Positions 49,301 to 56,140 of a stretch of DNA of 64,000 bases are shown here, one piece after another. The stretch lies in IMG/VR virus record IMGVR_UViG_3300023184_002375, positions 1,725-65,724 of that record. One strand, given 5' to 3'. Under the pieces are notes generated by a model. That model ran no database searches and was not told the origin of the DNA. It saw only the letters and a list, made by a program, of their open reading frames with translations. A program made the translations under genes and the position numbers. The stretch comes from a virus. Lineage: Duplodnaviria > Caudoviricetes. Position 1 is the stretch's first letter. Each line of letters starts with the position of its first letter.

Positions 49301-51421
49301 ACTGATTTGTCTACAATTGCACAGGTAAGAGTTGGGTGGAATGGTACCAATCAAGTTTGGGGTGGTTATGTTAGCAATGTACGTATAGTTAAAGGGCTAG
49401 CAGTATATACCGGCGCTTTCACACCTCCGACTAGTATGTTGAGATCAACACAAGTTGGTTCAGGTAATATTCAAAGTATTTCTACAGCAAGCTATGTTAG
49501 TTTATTAAGTGGTCAGTCTAATAGTGTTATCATAGATAATAGTAAAAATAGTTTCATTATAACAAATGTTACCGGCGTGGGAGTTATTAGCTCTAGTCCA
49601 TTTGCTACAGCATCAACATATGACGCTAGCTATACTTCATTATTAACATCAAACTTTATTGGAACAGCGACCACTATAAAAGACAATAGTTCTAATCTTT
49701 ATACAATAACACAAATTGGTAGCCCTCCTATTTCTACATTGAGTCCGTTTGGTGTAGTTTATGCAACTACTTCAACATCATATCAGGGATATTTAAGTTC
49801 TAGTACTGGTTATTTAGGATTCTATAATGGAACAACATTTTCTACATCTACTACAGCATTATCCACAGGTACTTGGAATCATGTAGCCTATACCTATGAT
49901 AGTAGCGTATCACAGGGATATGTTAACATTTATGTAAATGGATTCCGAGTGTATCAGACCACAGCTACTATTCGTGCAGATGCCAGTGAGAATTTACATA
50001 TAGGTGGTGTATATGGTGTTACTGAAAACTTCTATGGATACCTGAGTAATTTTAGAGTAGTTAAGGATTCATCACTGTATCTTGGATCATATTTTGGTGT
50101 ACCTAGTGCAAAATTGAATATTACCACTGATACTATTCCTTATCCACTAACATCAACTATTAGTACATCGTTGTTGACATTGCAGGATAATCGTATAGTA
50201 GATAATTCAATAAATGCGTATTCGTTGACTGTGAGTGGAACACCTAAAACTATTACATTCTCACCATTTGCCACTAATTCAAATATAAGTGCATATTTCA
50301 ATGGCACCAGTGACTTTATAAATGTACAGGCACAAGCTGCTCTAAGTTTAGGTATTGCTGATTTCACCATAGAGGTATGGGTATATCCAACAGCAGTACC
50401 TACTGCTTATGCAGGGATAATCGAAGCAAGAGCCGCCGTGGCAGCAACACCTTGGGTAGTTGGATTGAGAACCTCTGCTGGTGTATTGAAAACTGACTTT
50501 TATGATGGAACAGCACGTACCGCAGCAACTACCATTCAATTAAATGTGTGGACACATCTAGCCTGGTCGAGAACTAATTCTATATTAAGAATGTTTGTTA
50601 ATGGTCAGATAGATTATACATTGGCCAATTATACAACTAATTTACCTGCTCAAACTACCAATCAATTTATAGGTAAAATTTGGGACGGTGCAAATAGCTT
50701 GTTCCAAGGTTATATGTCTAACCTAAGAGTAGTAAATGGTAGATCTTTATATACAGGTAACTTTAATCCATCACAAATCCCATTGACACAGGCATCCGGC
50801 GGGACAACTAACTTGTTGACAACATTTGTTGATGGTAAACTTATTGATTATTCTGGTAATACTGCAATTAGATCAACTACTAGTACATTTAACTTAACAA
50901 ATATTGCCCCTAAATATAATTTGTATAGTATGAACTTTAATGGTACTTCAGATATACTAACTGTTTCTAGCAGCACAGGTTTTGTTTATAACTCTAATGA
51001 TTTTACCTGGGAAATGTGGGTTTATCCTACAAGTCCAATATGGGCCACAACTTCAACTTATTTTATAGAACATGGCATAAATGGTGGAAGTCTTAGATAC
51101 GCAAATAATAAAGTTTTTTATTCTAATATAACTACAGCTACTTCAACAGCTAGTTTTACATTAAGTATTAATTCATCAACTTGGACACATCTAGCAGTGG
51201 TTAGAGCTAGTAATGTTACATCTGTGTTTATTAATGGTGCATTTACTGTTAACACACTAGATACATATAGATATAATACATCGACCATTGTAACTATTGG
51301 AAATACTAGCACTAATGCAAGTAATTATTTCCAAGGTTACATAGAAGATCTACGTATCACCAAAGGGATAGCACGTTATCTAACAACCTTTGTACCACCA
51401 ACAAAATTATCTAACAGGTAA
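37367..51421 (+). CDS. 4684-aa giant LamG-repeat lectin-like adhesin with N-terminal glycine-rich domain
   Basis: About 19 LamG/concanavalin-A-like repeats counted by the FNG...DFT[IV]E.W...W.H[IV]A...GY[IL]SN[FL]R motif; uninterrupted 14-kb ORF; N-terminus similar to that of 27829..37344. Confidence 0.88.
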   Translation: MPYDLGVIKRQRREPPVISTGAYGGNFVGFYSTGSNYYAVHVFTSSGQFTKPSYVTTTTAQVLVVAGGGGGATASSSGGSLYFNGVAATKLTTPANAVFSFGTGDFTVEAWIYPTASPSNLGQIIGGHNSGSNADWIFGVLATTNYIVFYGTNGSTNITSVSGVPLNQWTHVAVVVAGTIPKIYFNGVLDKTGTSIGGLGNGIIITVGGDNTGNANAAFTGYITNLRVVKGLAVYSGNFTTPNYMLQSTQSANPGGGSNTQAISTASWTSLILDVLSPTGYIADTGGNTLPITNNASTVVYSSTLVPAFISAISGVGGGGGAGGVINSSTYSISTSLTILIGAGGAVNINGNASTVTNGVTVLTASGGGTGGAPLNNSGTAGSSGGGGSGTGTGGANTSTQGNVGGAGGSQTSYAGGGGGASTAGGAANSGGAGQGGSGTITLITGSPIWLAGGGGGGANATGYNNGSYGGGGNGGTTSVISGTAGLPYTGGGGGGGGASTGFGGNGGSGIVIISYAIPANLYPSIQSDPYFSNNSLLLNATTATAGNSALITYSVFTDVSTYGVSVTSVGSTATTLNSFDPGLYHSLYFSGNNYLLVGVNGNYNFIYSTTALVTIEFWVYPASLSSAPFIFSTNAGNANYFGGGVQITSAGNIAFTISGGSGIFIVQSTSAGTIPTNAWSHVAVTWNYAGNTGAFYINGNQSGTFTRGTGVGVTANSSLALIVGQSGSNSNFYNGYVSNLRLVNGTVVYSGIFIPSKEPLSTIQFAPSVNVATITTGTTALVGKFLTTAQTIADYSTLTNSISNVGAVTASTLNPFTPLVNESAYFNGSSQYLAMPVTGSIFELAGSSFTMECWVYIPTSGGGTIWTLGTTGIFLTTQAGVDGNGSVYFQTGSYAPSSYWFIGWNGMKAATPNSVVTNNTWAHIAFVRDSSTFKIFVNGTQQDSRTFIEPNSIAAGPGGYTAFIGSYYGTSFFTGYISNFRLVRGLAVYSGNFTVPTGPLQVTQVANPYGGSNTQAISTASYTSLLTLRYGTYGVNPSGVIDYGSNNNSIVVTGQPAQGTFSPFGNNWSTFFNGTTDYLSIPVIYSSSATLTSLNFGTNNWTIETWAYLTANTGTAYIAGQLNTNNISPVGLSISANKPVLTISNILASTSPSLTLTSPTALSTGTWNHIAAVRNATRISLYVNGVEQTYEFNASPIADISINTATITSNNVTISILSPYDQSQYHSLYFNGSSYLNLPTSAAYRFSTNNFTAEAWIYRSAAWTAQNILFGQWSGSTGGTTLSWVVMTSNDTNGYARFSLSNTGAAVLTDSVSSTVIPLNQWNHLALVRNGSTFTLYLNGISVVTYSSALALYAATNNLSIGASSLGTQTFTGYISNLRIVKDLALYSGVLIQVPQNVLSTIQSATPFGAIANVTTNTTQLLTGRFINPDVSYFNFFIDYSANSLVVANNGSLASTSAPPISSTSTYNSIYFYTGTNITVVDNNAFIFGTGDFTIETWFNILQLDNNGDAGLFQLSGPIDRALRSISVLYAGQTAVYVYFGVQNQSSTYGYRYATFTLNTWYHIALVRRSNVLSLYINGVGGTLISASSDTTDYNFTTNLTIGKLATSFYLNGYMSNFRIVKGTAVYTGNFNVPNTPLTTTQAANPYGGSNVQAILGGTSLLIAKSAGNEFVVDYSLIPKSITSVGYTVASNVAPPISSPSTYNSLYFYTGTNITVVDNNAFIFGTGDFTIETWVNVSQPDPNGFTGLFQLSGPSDVALNSISVGSSGVIVLVYYGVQGQSTTYAGAGATFTLNTWYHIALVRRSNVLTFYTNGEGQVIAASDTTNYNFTTKLTIGKLATYALFWLNGYMSNFRVVKGLAVYSGNFNVPNTPLTTTQAANPYGGSNVQAISTASYTTLLTLLSIGTPILDYSTNTSVITMGSGTVSLSTLDPFTAYRNYNSVYFGGNGFMSITSSTGWVNYGDHTVETWVNLNTSTYSDMLIAGTYNGVGTTGWEWTINNYNMSLSYRLSNVLTRFTYPATTSSVTFTPGIWYHVAFSRLGTTSSMYINGVRTTSTQITNYTEQNTLRLGYMGFSTATSTYLTGYISNFRVVSGVAVYTGTNFVTPIGFLTTQQPPNPYGGTGTNAITFNTSTRILTALFNGVNLITYSTNTNMLIGRAGSAVTSMFPGYLSNLRIVNGTALYTSAFAPPRAPLPVITNTSLLIAASSYHVDKSVNNFIVTTGTIASLPNITKFTPYKIPGEYNRNIVGGSVYFNTSTAASQNLNIGTAATLALGSGNYTVECWVYAQSYNALNSALIDWRTNAGVTAGVPVLYMLAAGTIQWQNTGGTGFLTSPNAIPLNTWNHVAMVRYNSTLYMYINGVVVASIVDSTTLTIQTLFINSPITASNQTFFGFISNVRILVGRAIYTPTLTVSTTTLTRVTNTVLLALQNDYSVLKDNSTNNFALTKPNTSTVFQQVLSPFGGVGSAYFNGANNYLTITTGTNQAFNFDQGDFTLEAWVYPTARNGTYGSLIIGPVNYPTTINWIWMINPTGYLYIQLSNATAGAGVITSTSQVPLSQWSHVACVRLYGVMTLYINGQAAGSNISAANIVAQSAAGSLSFNGTSQYITAGAASDWTYLHNGLQDYTMECWFYSTTGTYQTLFGTGPVTSTIGFELSIGSGGPGAGAIWVIYERGQSGVNTGAITSTGVWTTNTWNHVAVTFVASTKVCNIFLNGNLLTLATSVITGFAFNTSAPTYPLYIGYLPFNGYVSGYITNLRITKSILYNANFATLVPLLITGYTDILLLVNSDANKLVDTNGKYTLTNNGATYSGSIVPTVNVISGGTSVSTVYAAGSLYFAGGGNNQRLSLPASSAFDLSGGTWTIEFWMYSTATPTVGNQCRMFMFGVNQTTTGFVVGYQNDGSIAGGQPIAQPYVPTNPTVVVSAAGAITLNTWYHVAMVSNAGNTSIYINGSQSGSTVALTEPTSSSPTLFIGYDTVGTVNFQYKGYLTNIRIVNGSAVYTSNFTPTLPLTNVPNTKLLLLVNNGYALTDTSSSPMTVTNSASPVTYSSSVIPSVTIVSGGIATATNTINVGIGAAINGSAATTFNGYITNLNVIKGVGKYTGSFTPPTSDLTTVTNTALLTLLSTDTTFIDRSLNSFAITNSTTATTLQGFSPYTTNYSTYFDGSTYMSLSNAQPFNLSTSTNWTIETWVNPTGNYTVNNILFAKRNTGLTFKSMSFNGTNQFLSISTSTGAFAFGSNDWTIECWFYGSGAIVGRGPSDADDELYIAAFATGQYLVDWGNASEYWQSATGLFATNQWTHLAVVRSSNTLAVYQNGVAIGLSAGGNTISRALTNNYAFRIGQARSAGTVTYFSGYIANFRVVNGLVVYTGNFNPPDGLLSTSQVANAFGGINTQAISTSTSTTLLIGQFNTSNSISDLSTYSSLVTNNNTVFGSVTGPIFYNSIQFNGTSQYLQVAVGGAGSALDLSAATFTIEAWIYPTTTVVTNAAGQVDIAGVSAAIISSQSHGDWNLCMLNGGIINFNNVSGTSPLFLNGGTVVAGRWSHVAVTRVSSSATVWVNGVGTSGTVFATSNSNANILGIGRFGTYSEVIRYWNGYISNFRIIKGLVVYTTSTSFTAPTAPLSKYIPTIGTSSAGSVSFSFVSGAAVDFTNSTFATGTGDFTAECWVYMDPSSSIYAGFMTSVSSSIAGWNICRDFVGLVPANGSGPNDALSWTVPTGVWTHVALTLRSGQVQAWLNGVGTSILTRTYVTPSPSATTIRLAGRYTSDTAYPFIGYISNARFVVGVGVYTGNFTVPTTQLQTTQFIGTNIQAITDATSVRLLTAQTNSIADLSPAATSVSITGSVGTTYAYNPTLTAPSWAMGMLGSYLTIPANAAFQFGTGDFTIECWFYWSGTAPADTNQYTLISNLVSSSNITWDLQYYNGNWRLAAWSPTFLQGASSSFVGNTWYHIAVTRVGGFGQIWLNGASVTGGPVAFATDLSTIAQVRVGWNGTNQVWGGYVSNVRIVKGLAVYTGAFTPPTSMLRSTQVGSGNIQSISTASYVSLLSGQSNSVIIDNSKNSFIITNVTGVGVISSSPFATASTYDASYTSLLTSNFIGTATTIKDNSSNLYTITQIGSPPISTLSPFGVVYATTSTSYQGYLSSSTGYLGFYNGTTFSTSTTALSTGTWNHVAYTYDSSVSQGYVNIYVNGFRVYQTTATIRADASENLHIGGVYGVTENFYGYLSNFRVVKDSSLYLGSYFGVPSAKLNITTDTIPYPLTSTISTSLLTLQDNRIVDNSINAYSLTVSGTPKTITFSPFATNSNISAYFNGTSDFINVQAQAALSLGIADFTIEVWVYPTAVPTAYAGIIEARAAVAATPWVVGLRTSAGVLKTDFYDGTARTAATTIQLNVWTHLAWSRTNSILRMFVNGQIDYTLANYTTNLPAQTTNQFIGKIWDGANSLFQGYMSNLRVVNGRSLYTGNFNPSQIPLTQASGGTTNLLTTFVDGKLIDYSGNTAIRSTTSTFNLTNIAPKYNLYSMNFNGTSDILTVSSSTGFVYNSNDFTWEMWVYPTSPIWATTSTYFIEHGINGGSLRYANNKVFYSNITTATSTASFTLSINSSTWTHLAVVRASNVTSVFINGAFTVNTLDTYRYNTSTIVTIGNTSTNASNYFQGYIEDLRITKGIARYLTTFVPPTKLSNR
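41744..43035 (+). repeat. Direct duplication of a LamG module (41744-42330 / 42452-43035)
   Basis: 103-nt block with one mismatch and a 61-nt identical block, separated by strongly divergent loop codons. Confidence 0.9.
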
Positions 51422-51433
51422 TCTTATACTTAA

Positions 51434-51439
51434 TAAATA
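51434..51439 (+). promoter_or_regulatory. Late-promoter-like TAAATA
   Basis: Intergenic, upstream of 51445. Confidence 0.6.
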
Positions 51440-51444
51440 TACAT

Positions 51445-52281
51445 ATGACAGTCGTTAATTTCCCAGTAACCTCAACAACAGGCACAGTCTACACATTTGG
51501 TGACAGAACTTGGCAATGGACTGGAGGAACTGACGGATTCTGGAAAGCCATTAGTACTACTGTAGGCTATTCAGGTAGTGTAGGGTATACTGGTAGTAAG
51601 GGTGTAAAAGGAGACAGCGGATCTGCAACTAATCCTTGGTTTAGCACATCAACTAATTATACAGCCACTAACGGTGATAGGATTATTGCCGATAACATTT
51701 ATGGATCATTTAGTATAGAATTGCCACCAATTGCAAGTATAGGTGATTATATACAAATCACAGACGGTAATGATTTGAGTAACGGAAATCCTGTTTCTGT
51801 ATTAAGAAACGGTAATACCATAGAAGGCGGCACCGATGATATAAGTTTAGATCTCAAAGGTAGTACATTTGAATTTATCTATAATGGTTCAACTTGGCAA
51901 GTTACAGCTACTGGCGGTCCAAAAGGTCCTATAGGATATACAGGCAGCATTGGTTCTAATACTATTACATTGCAACAACCTGGGAATTTAGTAACATTTG
52001 TGGGTACAGCTAGATGGTATGCACCTTTTGCCTGTAATGTAACATCTATAAGACCTAGAGTTAGAGTTGCACCAGACGCTGTTGTTAGCATAAATTTATG
52101 TAAAAATGAATTTGCTATTTCAAACATAAATATTTCTTCAAATGCTACATCTGGTACTGCTGATACTACAGGATATGCATTGGCATCTGGAGACTATTTA
52201 ACTGTCAATGTATTATCAGTGGGATCAACGTTAAATCCTGGGGTTGATTTATATGTACAGTTACAGTATCAACCAATTTAA
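51445..52281 (+). CDS. Short tail-fibre-like protein (278 aa)
   Basis: NFP...GTVYTFGDRTWQW N-terminus, short GYTGS segments, and ADN..GSF.IELP..ASIGD.I.I.D module resembling T4-like fibre N-terminal repeats. Confidence 0.7.
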   Translation: MTVVNFPVTSTTGTVYTFGDRTWQWTGGTDGFWKAISTTVGYSGSVGYTGSKGVKGDSGSATNPWFSTSTNYTATNGDRIIADNIYGSFSIELPPIASIGDYIQITDGNDLSNGNPVSVLRNGNTIEGGTDDISLDLKGSTFEFIYNGSTWQVTATGGPKGPIGYTGSIGSNTITLQQPGNLVTFVGTARWYAPFACNVTSIRPRVRVAPDAVVSINLCKNEFAISNINISSNATSGTADTTGYALASGDYLTVNVLSVGSTLNPGVDLYVQLQYQPI

Positions 52282-52300
52282 TATTAAAGTGGATTTTAGG

Positions 52301-52308
52301 TATAAATA
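52301..52308 (+). promoter_or_regulatory. T4-like late promoter TATAAATA
   Basis: Exact T4 late consensus in an intergenic gap, 42 nt upstream of the ATG at 52351. Confidence 0.75.
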
Positions 52309-52350
52309 CAACGAAAGTGCAGCATTGACTGCTTATATAACGGAAAAATT

Positions 52351-54576
52351 ATGACAATTACAACATCATCATACACTACTAATAGTTTGAGAATTAACAT
52401 TGCTAATGAAACATCCTCAACTAATATTATTGGTAATATACAATTAGGAATGGCAAAAGGTGGCTGGACACTTTATGATATAACCACAGCAAGTATTACA
52501 GCAGGGTCTATATATAGTCCTATAACTACTTTGGTTTATAGTGCGCCTAATGCAGATGGGTTTACAACCAAGTATATGATCATACGTATTGATACGGTTA
52601 AATTAGTATTATATACATCAGCCTGTGAATCGTGGAATCCAACTACTCACATTGCCACTAATGAAACATGGTCAGGCGGAGGGGTATTCCAGCAAGGGTT
52701 TGATATTAAAGATAGTATTATCTTGGTATCTGCTACACAACGACATTGTGTAATTTGGACATTTATTAAGAGTGAACCAAGTTTCTGGTCAGGTGTATTT
52801 GAATTTGAACGTGTAGCCGGTGAAGATTCAGCTACAGTTAGCCCAGTACCTAACTGGGCATGGACAAATAGTTTGATGCTAGGCACGCCATACGGTCAAG
52901 ATCAAACCACAACCAATAGTCCAATTATGTTTGCTTTCTGCAGAACCGCAGACGGTTTCACTGGTGCTAGAGCGGCTCAAGTATATGCTCCTGTGACTAA
53001 TAGAGGAATGTTTCCTCCTCAATATTTAACGGCCAGCGTGGTTACTACTTTAGATCCAAATCGTTTATATCTAGCATCTTATGCTAACTCGGCTAACTCA
53101 GGTACTGTAACATATGGTTGGGATCCTTTAAAAACTGTGGTAAGTCCTGTGTCTGCAGATGCAATTACAAAATACATGCCAATGGGCAGAGCATATAATG
53201 TAGGTGTTACAAAACCTATCGGCGGCGCCTTGGATACTGTATTTGTTAATCTTGATAGTACAGGTGGATGGCCAAGTGCATCCGGTCCTAGCACCGAAAG
53301 TTTATTATTACCATTAAATGGTGGTTCTGACTATCCGTTTGTCGTGGCATATAACACTGGTACTACTTCATTCTATGGACTGTTACCTGCTGCTACTACT
53401 GCTACTAAAGTTCTTACAATAGGTAATAACATTTGGATAGGAACTAATCAAGGGATTTACACATACGATCAAACATTAGGACAGGGTGGTTCTCCTACAC
53501 TAAGAGTACCACATAATGTTAGTGGTGGTGTTCTTGATATTGTATTCGATGGTGCTAGAACTGTATATGGTTCTTTGTCCAACGGCATTGTAGCAGTAGA
53601 TACAGAGTTGTTCACTACTTCTACTATTAATACAATTGTATCAGGTACTTCATATCTAAGCATCGATGGTAGATATGTTTATGGATCTTCAAGAACTGCG
53701 TTGACTCTTCCTTGGTGTTTTTCTTTCAGTAGAACAAACTTTGTAACATCTTCTTCATTCCAAGTAAGTAGTAGTACAGTTCAAGCTACTGGATTTGGTG
53801 TTCCTATGCCTGATTATCAAGGAAACGTATATCTTGCCAGTCAAGCAGGAATCGTATCAGGGTTTGTAAACAAAATTATAGCCAAATATGCATCAGACAC
53901 TGGGGTAGGAAGTTCAACGATGAATCCTAAGTTTTATGCTTCCTGGCCAACTGGCGCAACTACTGTGGCAGTTAGTAATTCTCCTACAAGTTGGTATATG
54001 GATTATACAACTTTCAACACCTCCAATGGAACTAAACCATATCTTTTTGTTTCTGGCGATACTACAATTGTACCTATCGGTGGTGCAATTTATGAATTTA
54101 CACCTGGTACGTTAACTACATCTACTTATGTGTCGTGGCCTGGCCGTGTAACTGGTGTAATTTGTAATGCAAGTGCAGGTACCGTAGCAGGCACCTATGA
54201 TTATAGAGGTGATTTGAATATAGTACCTATTCGCGGTACACTTTGGGTCAGTCCTAAAAAAGTAGGTGTTGTTACACCAACAGGTTTTGTATCTCGTATA
54301 ATACCTAATTCTCCAATGGGGGTTTCTGGAGTAGGTAATACACCGTTACCAGGCGCAACTGTGGTTCAAACTACTGATGGAACAGCAGCTACTGGAGTGT
54401 TGGCCGCGCCTGGAGGCTGGGCTGGTAGTATAAGCACAAATGGAGTAAGATTATTTGCATCATTTACTAATGCTATTAACGGTGATAATCGTATCATTGC
54501 TGTAACTGGTTTATATAATGTTGCTTACAACTCGGCTGGTTTTGCTGGTGCTGGTAGATTAACAGTCAAGGGATAA
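52351..54576 (+). CDS. Uncharacterised Ser/Thr-rich structural protein (741 aa), possible beta-propeller C-half
   Basis: Clean ORF preceded by a perfect TATAAATA. The C-half has short beta-strand repeats (IWIGTNQGIYTYD; VYGSLSNGIVAVD). Confidence 0.65.
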   Translation: MTITTSSYTTNSLRINIANETSSTNIIGNIQLGMAKGGWTLYDITTASITAGSIYSPITTLVYSAPNADGFTTKYMIIRIDTVKLVLYTSACESWNPTTHIATNETWSGGGVFQQGFDIKDSIILVSATQRHCVIWTFIKSEPSFWSGVFEFERVAGEDSATVSPVPNWAWTNSLMLGTPYGQDQTTTNSPIMFAFCRTADGFTGARAAQVYAPVTNRGMFPPQYLTASVVTTLDPNRLYLASYANSANSGTVTYGWDPLKTVVSPVSADAITKYMPMGRAYNVGVTKPIGGALDTVFVNLDSTGGWPSASGPSTESLLLPLNGGSDYPFVVAYNTGTTSFYGLLPAATTATKVLTIGNNIWIGTNQGIYTYDQTLGQGGSPTLRVPHNVSGGVLDIVFDGARTVYGSLSNGIVAVDTELFTTSTINTIVSGTSYLSIDGRYVYGSSRTALTLPWCFSFSRTNFVTSSSFQVSSSTVQATGFGVPMPDYQGNVYLASQAGIVSGFVNKIIAKYASDTGVGSSTMNPKFYASWPTGATTVAVSNSPTSWYMDYTTFNTSNGTKPYLFVSGDTTIVPIGGAIYEFTPGTLTTSTYVSWPGRVTGVICNASAGTVAGTYDYRGDLNIVPIRGTLWVSPKKVGVVTPTGFVSRIIPNSPMGVSGVGNTPLPGATVVQTTDGTAATGVLAAPGGWAGSISTNGVRLFASFTNAINGDNRIIAVTGLYNVAYNSAGFAGAGRLTVKG

Positions 54577-54625
54577 TTTATTTGTGATATCCTTTTACAT
54601 TAATATAAATCGTTAAGGATATTCA

Positions 54626-55471
54626 ATGGCCAATAAGTTTTGGGTAGGTGGAAACGGCACTTGGAATTTATCTTCAACTGCTAATTGGGCCGCTACAACA
54701 AATGGTGCTAGTGGCGCCACTGCACCTACTCCTGCGGATGATGTATATTTTGATGTAAATTCTAATGTTGCTGCAACTAATTGGACTGTTACATTAGGAG
54801 CAGCAGCCGCTTGTGCAAGTCTCAACGTTATTGGAATTGATGCTCAATTAACATTTAATCTAGGAACATTATATACAAATACTCTTACCATATATGGTAA
54901 TGTTAATGTTGTTACTACAACAGGTGTATTTTATTCCAGTGTATCGCCGAGTTGGGGTTCTACTTCTACTATATATTTTACTTCTACTAATTTTATCAAA
55001 CTTGGAATGACTGCTACTTCTACAACAGGAATACAAACTTCTGTTAGTACAAATAAACTTTCAGGTTCGGCAAATATAGGATCTGTACCAGCAATAACAA
55101 CAGCAACATCTTCAAGATTATCATTGGCTGCAACCAATATTGCAGAACCACCAATATTTCCTAGTGTATTATCAACTAGCCTTATATATACTTTAAATTA
55201 TCCATTATCATTACCTGCAATATCAATAAAAGGTATAGATATAATGGGATCTATGCCAGGAGCAACAACAGCGACATCTTCGAGATTATCATTGGCTTCG
55301 ACTAATATTGCAGAAACACCAGTATTTCCTAGTGTATCATCAACAGCTAGCCTTGCATTTCTTCCAAAATATCTCTCAACTATTCCTGTAACACCAATGA
55401 GAGATATAGAAAAATTTGGTCTAAATTCTGCTAATACAATAACACCAATACCTTATCAATTCTGGGGATAA
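54626..55471 (+). CDS. Structural protein (281 aa) with MAN.FWVGG.GTW N-terminal motif
   Basis: AAGGA SD. N-terminus FWVGGNGTW...NWAATTNG..GA.APT..DDVYFD.NS; internal ~37-aa duplication (TTATSSRLSLA.TNIAE.P.FPSV). Confidence 0.7.
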   Translation: MANKFWVGGNGTWNLSSTANWAATTNGASGATAPTPADDVYFDVNSNVAATNWTVTLGAAAACASLNVIGIDAQLTFNLGTLYTNTLTIYGNVNVVTTTGVFYSSVSPSWGSTSTIYFTSTNFIKLGMTATSTTGIQTSVSTNKLSGSANIGSVPAITTATSSRLSLAATNIAEPPIFPSVLSTSLIYTLNYPLSLPAISIKGIDIMGSMPGATTATSSRLSLASTNIAETPVFPSVSSTASLAFLPKYLSTIPVTPMRDIEKFGLNSANTITPIPYQFWG

Positions 55472-55472
55472 T

Positions 55473-55751
55473 ATGGCAACAATAAGCATACAACAAATTT
55501 TAGGATCAAATCTGGTAGGATATGTAGGTAGTACTGGACCCGCTGGTGGATACACTGGTAGTTTTGGATATACTGGCAGTCAGGGAGACCCAATGGGATG
55601 GACTGGTAGTCGTGGATATTCAGGTAGTCGTGGTCCTGCTGGTGGATATACAGGTAGTCAGGGATATCAAGGAAATTCAGGTTACACCGGATCAGCTGGT
55701 GGAGTATCAACAGGTAAAGCCATTGCCATGGCAATGATCTTCGGAGGATAA
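55473..55751 (+). CDS. Small collagen-like protein (92 aa)
   Basis: GYTGS triplets, C-terminal GKAIAMAMIFGG; tightly packed between neighbouring genes. Confidence 0.75.
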   Translation: MATISIQQILGSNLVGYVGSTGPAGGYTGSFGYTGSQGDPMGWTGSRGYSGSRGPAGGYTGSQGYQGNSGYTGSAGGVSTGKAIAMAMIFGG

Positions 55752-55752
55752 A

Positions 55753-56124
55753 ATGTCAGCACCAAATATTGTAAACGTATCATCAATTATAGCAGGATGG
55801 ATAGCTCTGGTACCAGCAAACACTATTGCAAATGTATTATTAAATAATGGAGCAGGTAGTAATGCTGTAGTAAAAGTAAATTCATTGTTAATAACCAACG
55901 TAACAGACAGTTCTGTACCAACAACAGTATCTATTAACACATCAGCCGCTGGCGCTGGTACAAATTATAGAATTGCCTATAACATATATGTACCAAGCGG
56001 CGCCAGTTTGCAATTAGTGGATAAAGGTAACTTCTTATATCTAACTGAAGATACAAGTATAATGGTAACATCTGCTACATCATCAGCATTAGAATTTGTT
56101 GCTGTCTACGAAACTATTAGCTAA
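55753..56124 (+). CDS. Small beta-sandwich structural protein (123 aa)
   Basis: GGAGG SD; MSAPNIVNVSSI...KVNSL.ITNV...YL.ED.SI.V pattern; similar size and pattern to 18283..18624. Confidence 0.75.
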   Translation: MSAPNIVNVSSIIAGWIALVPANTIANVLLNNGAGSNAVVKVNSLLITNVTDSSVPTTVSINTSAAGAGTNYRIAYNIYVPSGASLQLVDKGNFLYLTEDTSIMVTSATSSALEFVAVYETIS

Positions 56125-56140
56125 TATATAAAAATGGATC

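Noticed and set aside
27829-51421. Complete diversity-generating retroelement
   Set aside because: No reverse transcriptase, Avd or non-coding template repeat is visible in the window. Only a suggestive variable-loop pattern is reported as a finding.
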